Notes: generated by a model not told the origin, from the sequence alone. Positions 40,491 through 49,749 are shown, numbered from the stretch's first letter. The stretch: DNA of 64,000 nt from Microtetraspora niveoalba (GCF_001570405.1 NZ_BBYM01000011.1:164910-228909), one strand, 5' to 3'. Made by a program: numbers and translations.

Positions 40491-40596
40491 GGCTCGACCT
40501 GTGCCGGCTCGACTCGTGTCGGTCTGACCCGTGCCGGTCTGACCCGTGCCGGCTCGACCTGTGTCAGCTCGACCTGTGTCAGCTCGACCTGGCGAG
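40491..40596. repeat. 15-bp tandem direct repeats (GGCTCGACCTGTGCC-like), about 7 copies, spanning the SBP stop codon and the SBP-permease intergenic region
   Basis: Copies at 40491, 40506, 40521, 40536, 40551, 40567 and 40582. A (GAAC)3 repeat lies at 40426-40440. Confidence 0.8.
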
Positions 40597-41952
40597 GATG
40601 TTGTCGACCTTCTTCTGCGCGTCCGAGAGGAGCTGGTCGATGTTCGCGTCCTCCCTGGTCAGCACCGCCGACATCGCCGTGTCGAGCACCGCGTAGATCT
40701 CCTGAGCCTTCGGCGGCTCCAGCTTGAACGCGATGTTCGCCGAGCCGTCCACGTAGGACTGGAAGTGATCGACCGGGACGGTGGCGAACTGCCTGCGATC
40801 CTCGTTGATCTTCGCGCCGGGTGCGGCCGAGCCGTACAGGTCCGTCTCGGGCAGCCCCACCGGCAGGCCGTCGGCCTTGGCCCGCTCGTAGTCGAACTGG
40901 CCCTGGCCGGGCGTCAGGAACTTGAACTCCAGCCACTGCAGGCCGGCCTTGATCTGCTCGGGCGTGGCCTTGGGGTTGAACATGTAGCCGTCGCCGCCGC
41001 TGAGCGATGACTTGGCCTCCGGCAGCGAGGTCACGCCGTAGTCCTCGAACTTGCCCTTGAAGTCGTTGTTGACGGCCTTCACGACGTCGGGGGCGCCGAT
41101 CATCATGCCGAGCTTGCCGGAGCCCATCATCCGCATCAGGTCCTCCCACCGGAGGAGCTGCTTGGTGCCCATGCTGTCGTCGGTCCAGCGCATCTGCTTG
41201 AGGTTCTCGAGGACGGCCTTGCCCTCGGGGCTGTTGAAGGCGGCCTTCTTGCCGTCGGGGGTGACCATCTCGCCGCCCCGGCCGTACAGGGCGGAGGTGA
41301 AGTGCCAGCCGCCGGTGTTGCCCGCGCTGTACTCGCCGTACCCGACGTAGCCGGGGCCCAGCGCGGCGATCTTCTTGGCGGCCTCCCGGACCTCGGCCCA
41401 CGTCTTGGGCGGGCTGTCCGGGTCGAGTCCGGCCTGGGTGAACAGCTTGCGGTTGTAGACCAGGCCGGTCGAGTAGTTGGTGCGCGGAACGCCGTAGATC
41501 TTCTCACCGCTCTTGAAGACGCTGAGCACGTCCGGACGCATGTCCTTCAGCGTGGTGATCGTGTCGATGTACGGCGTGATGTCGGCGGCCTGTCCGGCGG
41601 CGATGATCCGCTGGACGTCGGTGTAGTAGACGTAGAAGACGTCCTCCATCTCCCCGCCGGCCAGCTTGGCCTGGAACGTCTCGGGGACGATGCAGGGGAA
41701 CGGGTCCTTGCTTTCGATCGTGATGTTCGGGTGCAGCTTCTGGAACGCGGCGACGTCGGCGTCCCACTGGGCGCGTTCCTTCGGGTTGCTCTTCGGCGGC
41801 TGGCAGCCGACCGTGATCGTGACCGCGGCGTCGGCCCCGGCCGACGCCGCGGGCCTGCCGCCGCCCTTCGCGTCGTCATCGCTGCTGCCGCAGGCTGCGA
41901 CGGTGAGGGTGATGCCTGCCGCCAGCAGTATCGAGAGGTTGCGGGATTTCAT
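40579..41952 (-). CDS. Carbohydrate ABC transporter substrate-binding lipoprotein
   Basis: Lipobox LTVAACGSS. SBP family 1. ATG preceded by AGGAGGG. Confidence 0.9.
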   Translation of the reverse strand: MKSRNLSILLAAGITLTVAACGSSDDDAKGGGRPAASAGADAAVTITVGCQPPKSNPKERAQWDADVAAFQKLHPNITIESKDPFPCIVPETFQAKLAGGEMEDVFYVYYTDVQRIIAAGQAADITPYIDTITTLKDMRPDVLSVFKSGEKIYGVPRTNYSTGLVYNRKLFTQAGLDPDSPPKTWAEVREAAKKIAALGPGYVGYGEYSAGNTGGWHFTSALYGRGGEMVTPDGKKAAFNSPEGKAVLENLKQMRWTDDSMGTKQLLRWEDLMRMMGSGKLGMMIGAPDVVKAVNNDFKGKFEDYGVTSLPEAKSSLSGGDGYMFNPKATPEQIKAGLQWLEFKFLTPGQGQFDYERAKADGLPVGLPETDLYGSAAPGAKINEDRRQFATVPVDHFQSYVDGSANIAFKLEPPKAQEIYAVLDTAMSAVLTREDANIDQLLSDAQKKVDNILARSS

Positions 41953-42062
41953 GTTGTTCCCTCCTGGAACGGCACACCACGACCCGTCTTGGCGCTCCCA
42001 CTCGCCCACCGCCCCATCAGACGGTGACGAGCCGGACATTTGCGAGAAACATACAAAGCGAT

Positions 42063-42087
42063 GCATAGGAGAGCAAGACTCCTATGC
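42063..42087. promoter_or_regulatory. Inverted repeat GCATAGGAG-agcaaga-CTCCTATGC in the AT-rich promoter region upstream of the SBP operon
   Basis: 9-bp perfect arms. Candidate operator for the adjacent LacI-family regulators. Confidence 0.35.
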
Positions 42088-42264
42088 GCTCGATGCAAAA
42101 AAGTGACAGCCGATCGGATCTTGGCGGCAACCCGCGACACCCCTCGATCCGACCCCGCCTCACGCCCCATCCGACCCGATGCTCGGCCGCGCGCACGCCC
42201 CGTACGGCCACGCCGGGGCGCCTCCCAAACCGGGCCTCGTCGGCGGACTTCGTTGTGCGGGGGC

Positions 42265-43293
42265 TTACGCCGCGCCCGCAGGGGCCGGGCCGGTGGAGGA
42301 CCGTACGACCAGTTCGGGCTCGAACAGCAGCTCGTCGCCCGGCACCGCGAGCGCGCGGATCTGCGAGACGAGCAGTTCGACGGCCGCTCGTCCCATCGCC
42401 TCGATGGGCTGCCGCACGGTCGTCAGCGGCGGGTCGGTGCAGTTCATCAGGGCCGAGTCGTCGTAGCCGACGACGGAGACGTCCTCCGGCACCGACAGCC
42501 CGGCGCGGCGGGCGGCGCGGATCGCCCCGAGGGCGAGCACGTCGCTGGCGCAGACGATGCCGGTGACGCCGCGCCGCACCAGCCGGGCCGCCGCCGCGTG
42601 GCCGCCCTCGATGGAGAACATCGCGTGCTCGACCTGCTCGGGACCCAGCTCCAGGCCCTTCTCCTCGGCGAACGCCCGGAACGCGGCGAGCTTGCGCCGG
42701 GACGGCAGGTGGTCGGGCGAGCCGAGCAGGATTCCGACACGGCGGTGGCCCAGGGCCAGCAGGTGGGCGAGCGCCATCTCGGCGGAGGCCACGTCGTCAC
42801 AGGAGACCTGCGGGAACCGCAGACGCTCGACGGCGGCGTTGACCAGCACGATCGGGAGCCCTCGTTCCCGCACCCGCTCGTAGTGCGCGTGCGACGCGTT
42901 GGCCTGCGCGTACAGGCCGCCGGCGAAGACGATGCCGGACACGTGCTGCTGGAGGAGCAGGTCCACGTAGTCGGCCTCCGAGACGCCTCCGACGGTGCGG
43001 GTGCAGAGGACGGAGGTGAATCCCCGCTCGGCCAGCGCACCCCCGACGACCTCGGCGAACGCCGGGAAGATCGGGTTCTGCAGCTCCGGGAGCACCAGGC
43101 CGACCAGCCGCCCCCGATCGCCGCGCAGCCGCGAGGGGCGCTCGTACCCGAGCACGTCGAGGGCGGTGAGCACGGCTTCCCTGGTCGCGTCGGACACGCC
43201 GGGCTTGCCGTTGAGGACACGACTCACCGTCGCCTCGCTCACGCCCACTTTCTTGGCCACTTCCGCAAGCCGTCGCGTCATGAGCGCAAGCAT
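42265..43293 (-). CDS. LacI family transcriptional regulator (paralog 1)
   Basis: HTH motif LAEVAKKVGVSEATVSRVLNGK plus a sugar-binding core. Confidence 0.85.
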   Translation of the reverse strand: MLALMTRRLAEVAKKVGVSEATVSRVLNGKPGVSDATREAVLTALDVLGYERPSRLRGDRGRLVGLVLPELQNPIFPAFAEVVGGALAERGFTSVLCTRTVGGVSEADYVDLLLQQHVSGIVFAGGLYAQANASHAHYERVRERGLPIVLVNAAVERLRFPQVSCDDVASAEMALAHLLALGHRRVGILLGSPDHLPSRRKLAAFRAFAEEKGLELGPEQVEHAMFSIEGGHAAAARLVRRGVTGIVCASDVLALGAIRAARRAGLSVPEDVSVVGYDDSALMNCTDPPLTTVRQPIEAMGRAAVELLVSQIRALAVPGDELLFEPELVVRSSTGPAPAGAA

Positions 43294-43486
43294 ACGACAA
43301 TTCGCGTAAAAATTTGCGTGCGCTTGCGCGGCGCGAGAGCACCCGATGCTCGTCCGCGTTCAGGGGCCGGGCGTGGGGAACACCGGCGGCGGGGACGGAC
43401 GCGTGGTGGGCGGGACGGGACAGGGCGCCGCCCGCCCTTGTCCCGACGGCCCCGGCGGTCGGCGGTCAGCGTTCGTCGGTCAGCGG

Positions 43487-44491
43487 TCAGCGTTCGTCGG
43501 TGCGGACGCGCGCCGTCGAGGAGCGCACGACCAGCTCGGGCTCGAAGAGCAGCTCGCCGGTCGCGACGGCGGTCCCGTCGATCTGGTTGACCAGCAGCTC
43601 GACCACGGCCCGCCCCATCGCCTCGATCGGTTGCCGGATCGTGGTCAGCGGCGGGTCCACGCAGGTCATCAGCGCCGAGTCGTCGTAGCCGATGACGGAC
43701 ACGTCCCGGGGCACCCGCATCCCCTGCCGGCGGGCCGCCCGGATCACTCCGAGCGCGAGGGGGTCGCTCCCGCAGACGATGCCCGTCACGTCCCGCGCGA
43801 GCAGCTTCGCCGCCGCCGCGTGGCCTCCCTCCAGCGAATGCATGGTGTGCTCCACCAGCTCGCCGCCGCACGCCCGGAACGCCTCCAGCTTGCGTACGGA
43901 CGGCATGTGGTCGGCGGGGCCGGCGACGAGACCGATCCGCTCGTGCCCCAGCGCCCGCAGGTGGCCCACGGCCTGCTCGACCGCGATCGAGTCGTCACAT
44001 GAGACGCGGGGGAACTCCCAGTGGTCCGCGGCCGCGTTCACCAGGACCGTCGGCAACCGCCGGTCGATCAGTCTGAGGTAGTGCTCGTGCACCACTCCCG
44101 TCTGCGTGTACATGCCGCCCGCGAAGACCACGCCGGACACCTGCTGCTGCAGCAGAAGGTCGACGTAGTCCGCCTCCGAGATGCCTCCGACGGTGCGGGT
44201 GCAGAGCACGGGTGTGAACCCCTGCTGGGCGAGCGAGCCGCCGACGACCTCGGCGAACGCCGGGAAGATCGGGTTCTGCAGCTCCGGGAGCACCAGTCCG
44301 ACCAGCCGGGCGCGTTCCCCTCGGAGTTGTGTGGGCCGCTCGTAGCCGAGCACGTCCAGCGCGGTGAGGACGGCTTCCCGTGTCGCGTCCGAAACGCCCG
44401 CCTTGCCGTTGAGGACACGACTCACCGTCGCCTCACTCACCCCCACTTTTTTGGCAACTTCGGCAAGTCGTCGCGTCATGGGCGCAAGCAT
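43487..44491 (-). CDS. LacI family transcriptional regulator (paralog 2, tandem duplicate)
   Basis: The first roughly 110 residues are almost identical to paralog 1. The C-terminal effector domain has diverged. Confidence 0.85.
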   Translation of the reverse strand: MLAPMTRRLAEVAKKVGVSEATVSRVLNGKAGVSDATREAVLTALDVLGYERPTQLRGERARLVGLVLPELQNPIFPAFAEVVGGSLAQQGFTPVLCTRTVGGISEADYVDLLLQQQVSGVVFAGGMYTQTGVVHEHYLRLIDRRLPTVLVNAAADHWEFPRVSCDDSIAVEQAVGHLRALGHERIGLVAGPADHMPSVRKLEAFRACGGELVEHTMHSLEGGHAAAAKLLARDVTGIVCGSDPLALGVIRAARRQGMRVPRDVSVIGYDDSALMTCVDPPLTTIRQPIEAMGRAVVELLVNQIDGTAVATGELLFEPELVVRSSTARVRTDER

Positions 44492-44524
44492 AGGTCTGGC
44501 AAAGCCAGTACTTTACGATCTCCC

Positions 44525-44539
44525 GCGCTTGTAAGCGCG
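44525..44539. promoter_or_regulatory. Near-palindrome GCGCTTGTAAGCGCG with a TTGTAAGCG direct repeat upstream of LacI paralog 2 (candidate autoregulatory operator)
   Basis: Seen in the sequence. A comparable CGCAAGC...GCTTGCG pair lies upstream of paralog 1 at 43282-43326. Confidence 0.3.
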
Positions 44540-44606
44540 TTGTAAGCGACTCGCAAGGGGGCGTTCCTAAGGTCGCTCCTCGTCAAGATCACCAGGAAGG
44601 CACGTA

Positions 44607-44984
44607 ATGAGCATCGTCCGGAACTCCCTCGCCGTCGTCGCGGCGTCCACCGTTCTCGCCCTGACCTCGGCCTGTGGAGGGGGCGCCGACAAGGTGGCCC
44701 TCTGCGCGGAGGCGACCAAGGCGATGACGGACTACCAGGGCGCGATGGCCTCGGCCGGCACGAACTTCGACGGGTTCAACAAGGCGAGCGCGGACTTCGC
44801 GGCCAAGCTCAAGGATCTCGCGGGCAAGGCCGACGGCGACCTGCAGACCGCGCTGACGAAATTCGGCGACTCCTTCGCCGAACTGAAGATCGACCCGTCG
44901 GACTCCGGCGCGGCGACCAAGGTCGCCGAGTTCAGCAAGAAGGTCACCGAGGCCGGCACGGCCTTCGCCAGCGCCTGCGCGTAG
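44607..44984 (+). CDS. Small secreted lipoprotein, hypothetical
   Basis: AGGAAGG 7 nt upstream of the ATG. Lipobox LTSACGG. Good GC3 bias. Confidence 0.6.
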   Translation: MSIVRNSLAVVAASTVLALTSACGGGADKVALCAEATKAMTDYQGAMASAGTNFDGFNKASADFAAKLKDLAGKADGDLQTALTKFGDSFAELKIDPSDSGAATKVAEFSKKVTEAGTAFASACA

Positions 44985-45044
44985 CGGCACGGTTCGTGGC
45001 GGCACGGCTCGTCACCGCCTGACACCCGATGCCGCCAATGACCA

Positions 45045-45100
45045 CGGGCGGGGAGACTTCCTTGGCAGAGTCCTCCCCGCCCGTGTTTCCGTTTCTCTCC
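45045..45100 (+). terminator. Rho-independent terminator (11-bp stem, 17-nt loop, T-rich tail)
   Basis: cgggcggggag...ctccccgcccg, followed by tgtttccgtttctctcc. Confidence 0.6.
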
Positions 45101-45168
45101 GGCTCCTCGCCTGCCCCTCGCCGGTCTCGGTGACGGAGTCGACGTCGAGCCGGGGTGCCCGACGTCGT

Positions 45169-45363
45169 TCAGTACTCCAGGCCCCAGTCGTGGGGGCCGA
45201 CCAGGTAGGCGCCCCGGCGGCGTACCAGCCACCCGTCGGCGACCAGGACGTCCAGGCTGTGCCGTACGAACTCGTCGGGGAGGTCGGCGAGCCTGGCGAT
45301 CTCGGCGACGGTCGCCGGGTGCCGGTCGACGTTCAGCGCGGCGACGGTCTCGTACACACGCAT
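45169..45363 (-). CDS. Small winged-helix-like hypothetical protein
   Basis: MRVYETVAALNVDRHPATVAEIARLADLPDEFVRHSLDVLVADGWLVRRRG. The ORF could extend to 45477. Confidence 0.4.
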   Translation of the reverse strand: MRVYETVAALNVDRHPATVAEIARLADLPDEFVRHSLDVLVADGWLVRRRGAYLVGPHDWGLEY

Positions 45364-45483
45364 GTCGTCGTCGTGGACGCTCTGCACGTCGGCGAGGGGC
45401 CGGGGAGCCTGGACGGGCCCACCGGAGCCGTCACGGGTGGGCCCGTGCGACCTCGGCCCTGTCGCGGTCCTGCCCACAGCCGC

Positions 45484-45714
45484 TCACCTCTGCCGGGCCC
45501 CGCTGCGCAGACGTTCGGGGTCCACGTCCCGCTCGGGATAGCGCTTGAGGTACTCCTCCTCCAGTTCCCTGGTCCGGGACGTGTGGCGCTCCAGCGCGTC
45601 GTCGGACCCGTGCAGGAGGGTGTCGGTCCGGGTCTCGTGGAGATGACGCATCTCACGAAAGAGATCGTCGTCGTCGAGATCCCGGGGGTCGACCCCCATC
45701 ATTCCGGTCGTCAT
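45484..45714 (-). CDS. Conserved actinobacterial small protein (DUF6158-like)
   Basis: MTTGMMGVDPRDLDDDDLFREMRHLHETRTDTLLHGSDDALERH...PERDVDPERLRSGARQR. GGGAGCAGAG precedes the ATG. Confidence 0.5.
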   Translation of the reverse strand: MTTGMMGVDPRDLDDDDLFREMRHLHETRTDTLLHGSDDALERHTSRTRELEEEYLKRYPERDVDPERLRSGARQR

Positions 45715-45724
45715 CTCTGCTCCC

Positions 45725-45937
45725 TCAGACCTCGGTCGGCTTGTCCCAGCGCTCGTCGGGCTCGCCGTCCGAGGCCCGCGCGTTCGCCGGGTCGGTGTCG
45801 GACGGCGTGTGCTCCTCGGCGAAGTCGGGCTCGTCCTCGATTTCGGCGCCACGCCCCGTGTCACGCCCGGTGTCACGCCCGGCGCCGCTCCCGATGCCGT
45901 CCTCGGGGATGTGCTCACGGTCGTTGTCGCGTCGCAT
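45725..45937 (-). CDS. Small acidic hypothetical protein
   Basis: 70 aa, Asp/Glu-rich, high GC3. Directly upstream of the DUF6158-like gene. Confidence 0.4.
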   Translation of the reverse strand: MRRDNDREHIPEDGIGSGAGRDTGRDTGRGAEIEDEPDFAEEHTPSDTDPANARASDGEPDERWDKPTEV

Positions 45938-46013
45938 GTCGCACCTCTGCCCGGTCTGGAGTCAGCAAACCTCGTCACCGCGTGACAAATAACCGGATTG
46001 GGTATTAATCGCT

Positions 46014-46039
46014 TTGATGCGCACGATAGCTCGCATCAA
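46014..46039. promoter_or_regulatory. Inverted repeat TTGATGCG-n10-CGCATCAA with a TATTAAT -10-like element in the divergent promoter region
   Basis: 8-bp arms. An adjacent IR GTCAC-cgc-GTGAC lies at 45974-45986. Confidence 0.3.
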
Positions 46040-46057
46040 GGCTCAAACGGGGGAAAA

Positions 46058-46207
46058 ATGGCTGAAACACCCAAGAAGAAGGCGGCGAAGTCGACGGGCA
46101 AGGCCAAGAAGTCGGCCATCAAGCAGGCCCGCTCGGCCAAGCAGTCCAAGAAGTCGTCCGGATCGAGCGGCTCCGTGGACCAACGGCCGACGACCGAGAA
46201 CGAATAG
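46058..46207 (+). CDS. Small lysine-rich basic protein (49 aa), hypothetical
   Basis: GGGGGAAAA precedes the ATG. MAETPKKKAAKSTGKAKKSAIKQARSAKQSKK... Confidence 0.5.
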   Translation: MAETPKKKAAKSTGKAKKSAIKQARSAKQSKKSSGSSGSVDQRPTTENE

Positions 46208-46335
46208 CTCACCGAAGGGCCGGGCCACACGATCCGGGCCCGGCCCCGGACGCGCCACGCCGCGCCCGGCACCGGCGAAGCACGCCCAGGTTCGGCGTGA
46301 CCTCCGGACACATCCGCGACACTCGGCGAGGCGGC

Positions 46336-49300
46336 ATGTCTGGATATTTCCGCTTTCCCACAGTCTTTCGCGACGTGATCGTCTTCGCCTGCGAGGACGA
46401 TCTGTGGATGGTGCACGCGGACGGCGGCCGCGCCTTCCGGCTCACCGCCGGCGTGGCGGAGGCGGCGTACCCCCGCTTCTCCCCCGACGGGACCAGGGTC
46501 GCCTTCGTCGGACGCGAGGAGGGGCCGGAGGAGGTCTACGTCATGCCCGCGGCCGGCGGGGCGACCCGCCGGATCACCTTCCACGGCGCCAGCTCCGTCG
46601 TGACCGGTTGGGACCCCGCGGGCGCCGTCGTCTACGCGAGCGACGAGTGCCAGCCGTTCGACGGCTATCGGTGGCTGCACCGGGTCCACCCCGGCGACGT
46701 CCCCGAGCGCCTGCCGTACGGCCCGGCCGGAACGATCTCGTACGGGACTCCCGTGCCGGGCCAGGGGCGGTACGGCATGGTGCTGGGGCGCAACACGGCC
46801 GATCCCGCGCGCTGGAAGCGGTACCGGGGCGGCACGGTCGGGGACCTGTGGGTCGATCCGACCGGGCGGGGGGCGTTCCAGCGGCTCATCCTGCTTCCGG
46901 GGAACCTCGCCTCCCCGTGCTGGGTCGGCGACCGGATCTACTTCCTGTCCGACCACGAGGGGATCGGCAACGTCTACTCCTGCACGCCGCGGGGCGAGGA
47001 CCTGCGACGGCACACCGACCACGGCGACTACTACGCGCGCAACCTGTCCTCGGACGGTCACCGCCTCGTCTATCACGCCCACGGCGCCGTCTATCTGCTC
47101 GATCCGGCGGACGGCGAGGCCCGGCAGGTCGAGGTGCAGCTCGGCAGCTCGCGCACCCAGCGCAACCGCAGGTTCGTCCCGGCGGCGGAGTACCTGGACA
47201 CCGCCACGCTCAGCCCGGACGGCAGCGGGCTCGCGATCACCTCGCGCGGCAAGGCGTTCTCCTTCGCCGACTGGGAAGGGCCGGTACGCCGCCACGGCGA
47301 GCAGGACGGCGTCCGCTACCGCTTCCTGACCTGGCTGAACGACAACCGGCGGCTGATCGCGGCGGCGAGCGACGACGGCGACCGCGAGGTGCTGGTCATC
47401 CTGACGGCGGACGGCGAGACGGAGCCGGTCCGGCTCGACTCCGCCGACACCGGCCGGATCAGCGAGCTGGTCGTGTGCCCCGCGGGTGACCGGGTGGCGA
47501 TCACCAACCACCGCAACGAGTTGCTCGTCGTCGATCTCACCCCCCTCACGACCGGGCCCGCCGAGGCCGGGTCCGCCGAGGGGGCCGAGGAAGTCGAGGG
47601 GACCGAGGGGACCGAGGGGACCGGAACCGCGCCCGCCGACGCCGAAGCGAAAGCCGCCGAACCCGCCGAGCCCGGGACCGCCGAGGCGGGGCCCACCGAG
47701 TCCGCCGGGGCTGAGACCGGGGCCGCCGAGGGGACCGGGAATGTCGGGTCCGGGGCGGCCGAGGGTGGCGGGCCCGGCGAGCCGGCGGTACGCGTCATCG
47801 AGGTGGAGGCGAGCCTGTTCGGAGCGATCGACGATCCGGAGTGGTCGCCCGACGGGTCGTGGCTGGCCTACGCCTGCCCGATCTCCCCCCAGGCGACGGC
47901 GATCAAGCTGTTCCACGTCGAGACCGGCGGGACGTTCATGGCGACGCTGCCGCTGCTGGTGGACCACCGGCCGTCGTTCGACCCGGGAGGGCGCTACCTC
48001 TACTTCATCGGGCAGCGGGCGTTCAGCCCCGTCTACGACGAGCTCCAGTTCGATCTCGGCTTCCCCCTGGGCACCCGCCCGTACGCGATCGCGCTCCGGT
48101 CGGACGTGCGGTCGCCCTTCGTGCCCGAGCCCCGCCCGCTCTCCGACACACCGGCGGAAACGGGCGGCGGGTCCGAGGAGGCCCGGACGCCCCTGGTCAT
48201 CGAGACCGCGGGACTCACCGACCGGATCATCGCCTTCCCCGTGCCGGAAGGCCGGTACGGCCGGATCGCGGGGCTGGACGGCAAGGTCGTCTACACGACG
48301 TTCCCCATGCTCGGCGGGCCCGCCACCCTGCGCTGCTACGACTTCGCCAAGCAGAAGGCGGAGGTCCTCGTGACCGGGCTGACCGACTTCCGGCTCGGCC
48401 GCGACCGGAGCACGCTGCTCTACCGGGCGGGCGACCGGCTGCGGGTCCTCAAGGCGGGCGAGGAGCCTCCGGACGACGACACGCCGAGCCGTACGAGCGG
48501 GTGGATCGACCTGAACCGGGTCAAGGTCTCGGTGGCGCCGGACGCGGAGTGGCGGCAGATGTTCCGCGAGGCGTGGCGGTTGCAACGGGAGCACTTCTGG
48601 GACGAGGACATGACCGGGATCGACTGGGAGGCGGTGTATGACCGCTATCTCCCGCTGGTCGATCGGGTGACCACGCGGGGCGAGTTCTCCGACCTGCTGT
48701 GGGAGCTGCTCGGCGAGCTGGGCACCTCGCACGCGTACGAGACGGGCGGGGAGTACCGCGAGCGGCCGCACTACTGGCAGGGGAAGCTCGGCGTCGACTG
48801 GTCCTACCGCGACGGCCGCTACGTCATCGCGCGGATCGTCTCCGGCGACCGCTGGGACCCCGGCGCGACCTCACCGCTCAACCGCGCGGGAGTCGACGTA
48901 CGGCCCGGCGACGCCGTCATCGCGATCAACGGGCAGCCGCTCGGCGTGCACACCACTCCGAACCAGCTCCTGGTCAACCTCGCCGACGAGGAGGTTGAGC
49001 TGACCGTCGAACGCGACGGCGCGACCCGGACCGTGATCGTGCGGGCGCTCGCGGACGAGATGCCGGGACGGTATCGCGACTGGGTGTCCGCCAACCGGCT
49101 CCTGGTCCACGAGCGCACCGGGGGCAGGATCGGCTATCTACACATCCCGGACATGGGACCGCACGGCTTCGCCGAGTTCCACCGCGGATATCTCGCCGAG
49201 TACGACCGCGAAGGACTGATCGTCGATGTCCGCTTCAACGGCGGGGGCAACGTCTCCGCCCTGCTGCTGGAGAAGCTCTCGCGCCGCCGCCTCGGGTACG

Positions 49301-49749
49301 ACTTCCCGCGCTGGGGCGTGCCCGAGCCGTACCCGCCGGAGTCGCCGCGCGGGCCGCTGGTCGCGGTGACGAACGAGTGGGCCGGGTCGGACGGGGACAT
49401 CTTCTGCCACACCTTCAAGCTGCTCAAGCTCGGCACCCTGGTGGGCAAGCGCACCTGGGGCGGGGTCGTCGGCATCTGGCCCCGGCACCACCTGGCCGAC
49501 GGCACGGTCACCACGCAGCCCGAGTTCTCGTTCGCGTTCGACGACGTCGGCTGGCGGATCGAGAACTACGGCACCGATCCGGACATCGAGGTGGACATCA
49601 CGCCGCAGGAGTACGCGCTGGGGGTGGACAGCCAACTGGAGGTGGCCATCGACGTGGCGCTCGAACGCCTCGCCATGTCGCCGCCGCACACGGCGAACCC
49701 CGCGGACCGCCCCCGCCCGGTCACGCCGACGCTGCCGCCTCGAACATGA
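46336..49749 (+). CDS. Tricorn protease homolog (S41 family) with an acidic low-complexity insertion
   Basis: N-terminal beta-propeller region (YPRFSPDGTRVAF), and a C-terminal S41 catalytic region (GNVSALLLEKL, WAGSDGDIFCHTF, KRTWGGVVGI). The insert is about 80 aa and E/G/A/T-rich. Confidence 0.85.
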   Translation: MSGYFRFPTVFRDVIVFACEDDLWMVHADGGRAFRLTAGVAEAAYPRFSPDGTRVAFVGREEGPEEVYVMPAAGGATRRITFHGASSVVTGWDPAGAVVYASDECQPFDGYRWLHRVHPGDVPERLPYGPAGTISYGTPVPGQGRYGMVLGRNTADPARWKRYRGGTVGDLWVDPTGRGAFQRLILLPGNLASPCWVGDRIYFLSDHEGIGNVYSCTPRGEDLRRHTDHGDYYARNLSSDGHRLVYHAHGAVYLLDPADGEARQVEVQLGSSRTQRNRRFVPAAEYLDTATLSPDGSGLAITSRGKAFSFADWEGPVRRHGEQDGVRYRFLTWLNDNRRLIAAASDDGDREVLVILTADGETEPVRLDSADTGRISELVVCPAGDRVAITNHRNELLVVDLTPLTTGPAEAGSAEGAEEVEGTEGTEGTGTAPADAEAKAAEPAEPGTAEAGPTESAGAETGAAEGTGNVGSGAAEGGGPGEPAVRVIEVEASLFGAIDDPEWSPDGSWLAYACPISPQATAIKLFHVETGGTFMATLPLLVDHRPSFDPGGRYLYFIGQRAFSPVYDELQFDLGFPLGTRPYAIALRSDVRSPFVPEPRPLSDTPAETGGGSEEARTPLVIETAGLTDRIIAFPVPEGRYGRIAGLDGKVVYTTFPMLGGPATLRCYDFAKQKAEVLVTGLTDFRLGRDRSTLLYRAGDRLRVLKAGEEPPDDDTPSRTSGWIDLNRVKVSVAPDAEWRQMFREAWRLQREHFWDEDMTGIDWEAVYDRYLPLVDRVTTRGEFSDLLWELLGELGTSHAYETGGEYRERPHYWQGKLGVDWSYRDGRYVIARIVSGDRWDPGATSPLNRAGVDVRPGDAVIAINGQPLGVHTTPNQLLVNLADEEVELTVERDGATRTVIVRALADEMPGRYRDWVSANRLLVHERTGGRIGYLHIPDMGPHGFAEFHRGYLAEYDREGLIVDVRFNGGGNVSALLLEKLSRRRLGYDFPRWGVPEPYPPESPRGPLVAVTNEWAGSDGDIFCHTFKLLKLGTLVGKRTWGGVVGIWPRHHLADGTVTTQPEFSFAFDDVGWRIENYGTDPDIEVDITPQEYALGVDSQLEVAIDVALERLAMSPPHTANPADRPRPVTPTLPPRT

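Noticed and set aside
40491-40596. Possible CRISPR or mobile-element terminal repeats
   Set aside because: The units are only 15 bp and directly abut one another with no spacers. No transposase or integrase is nearby. This is a simple tandem repeat.
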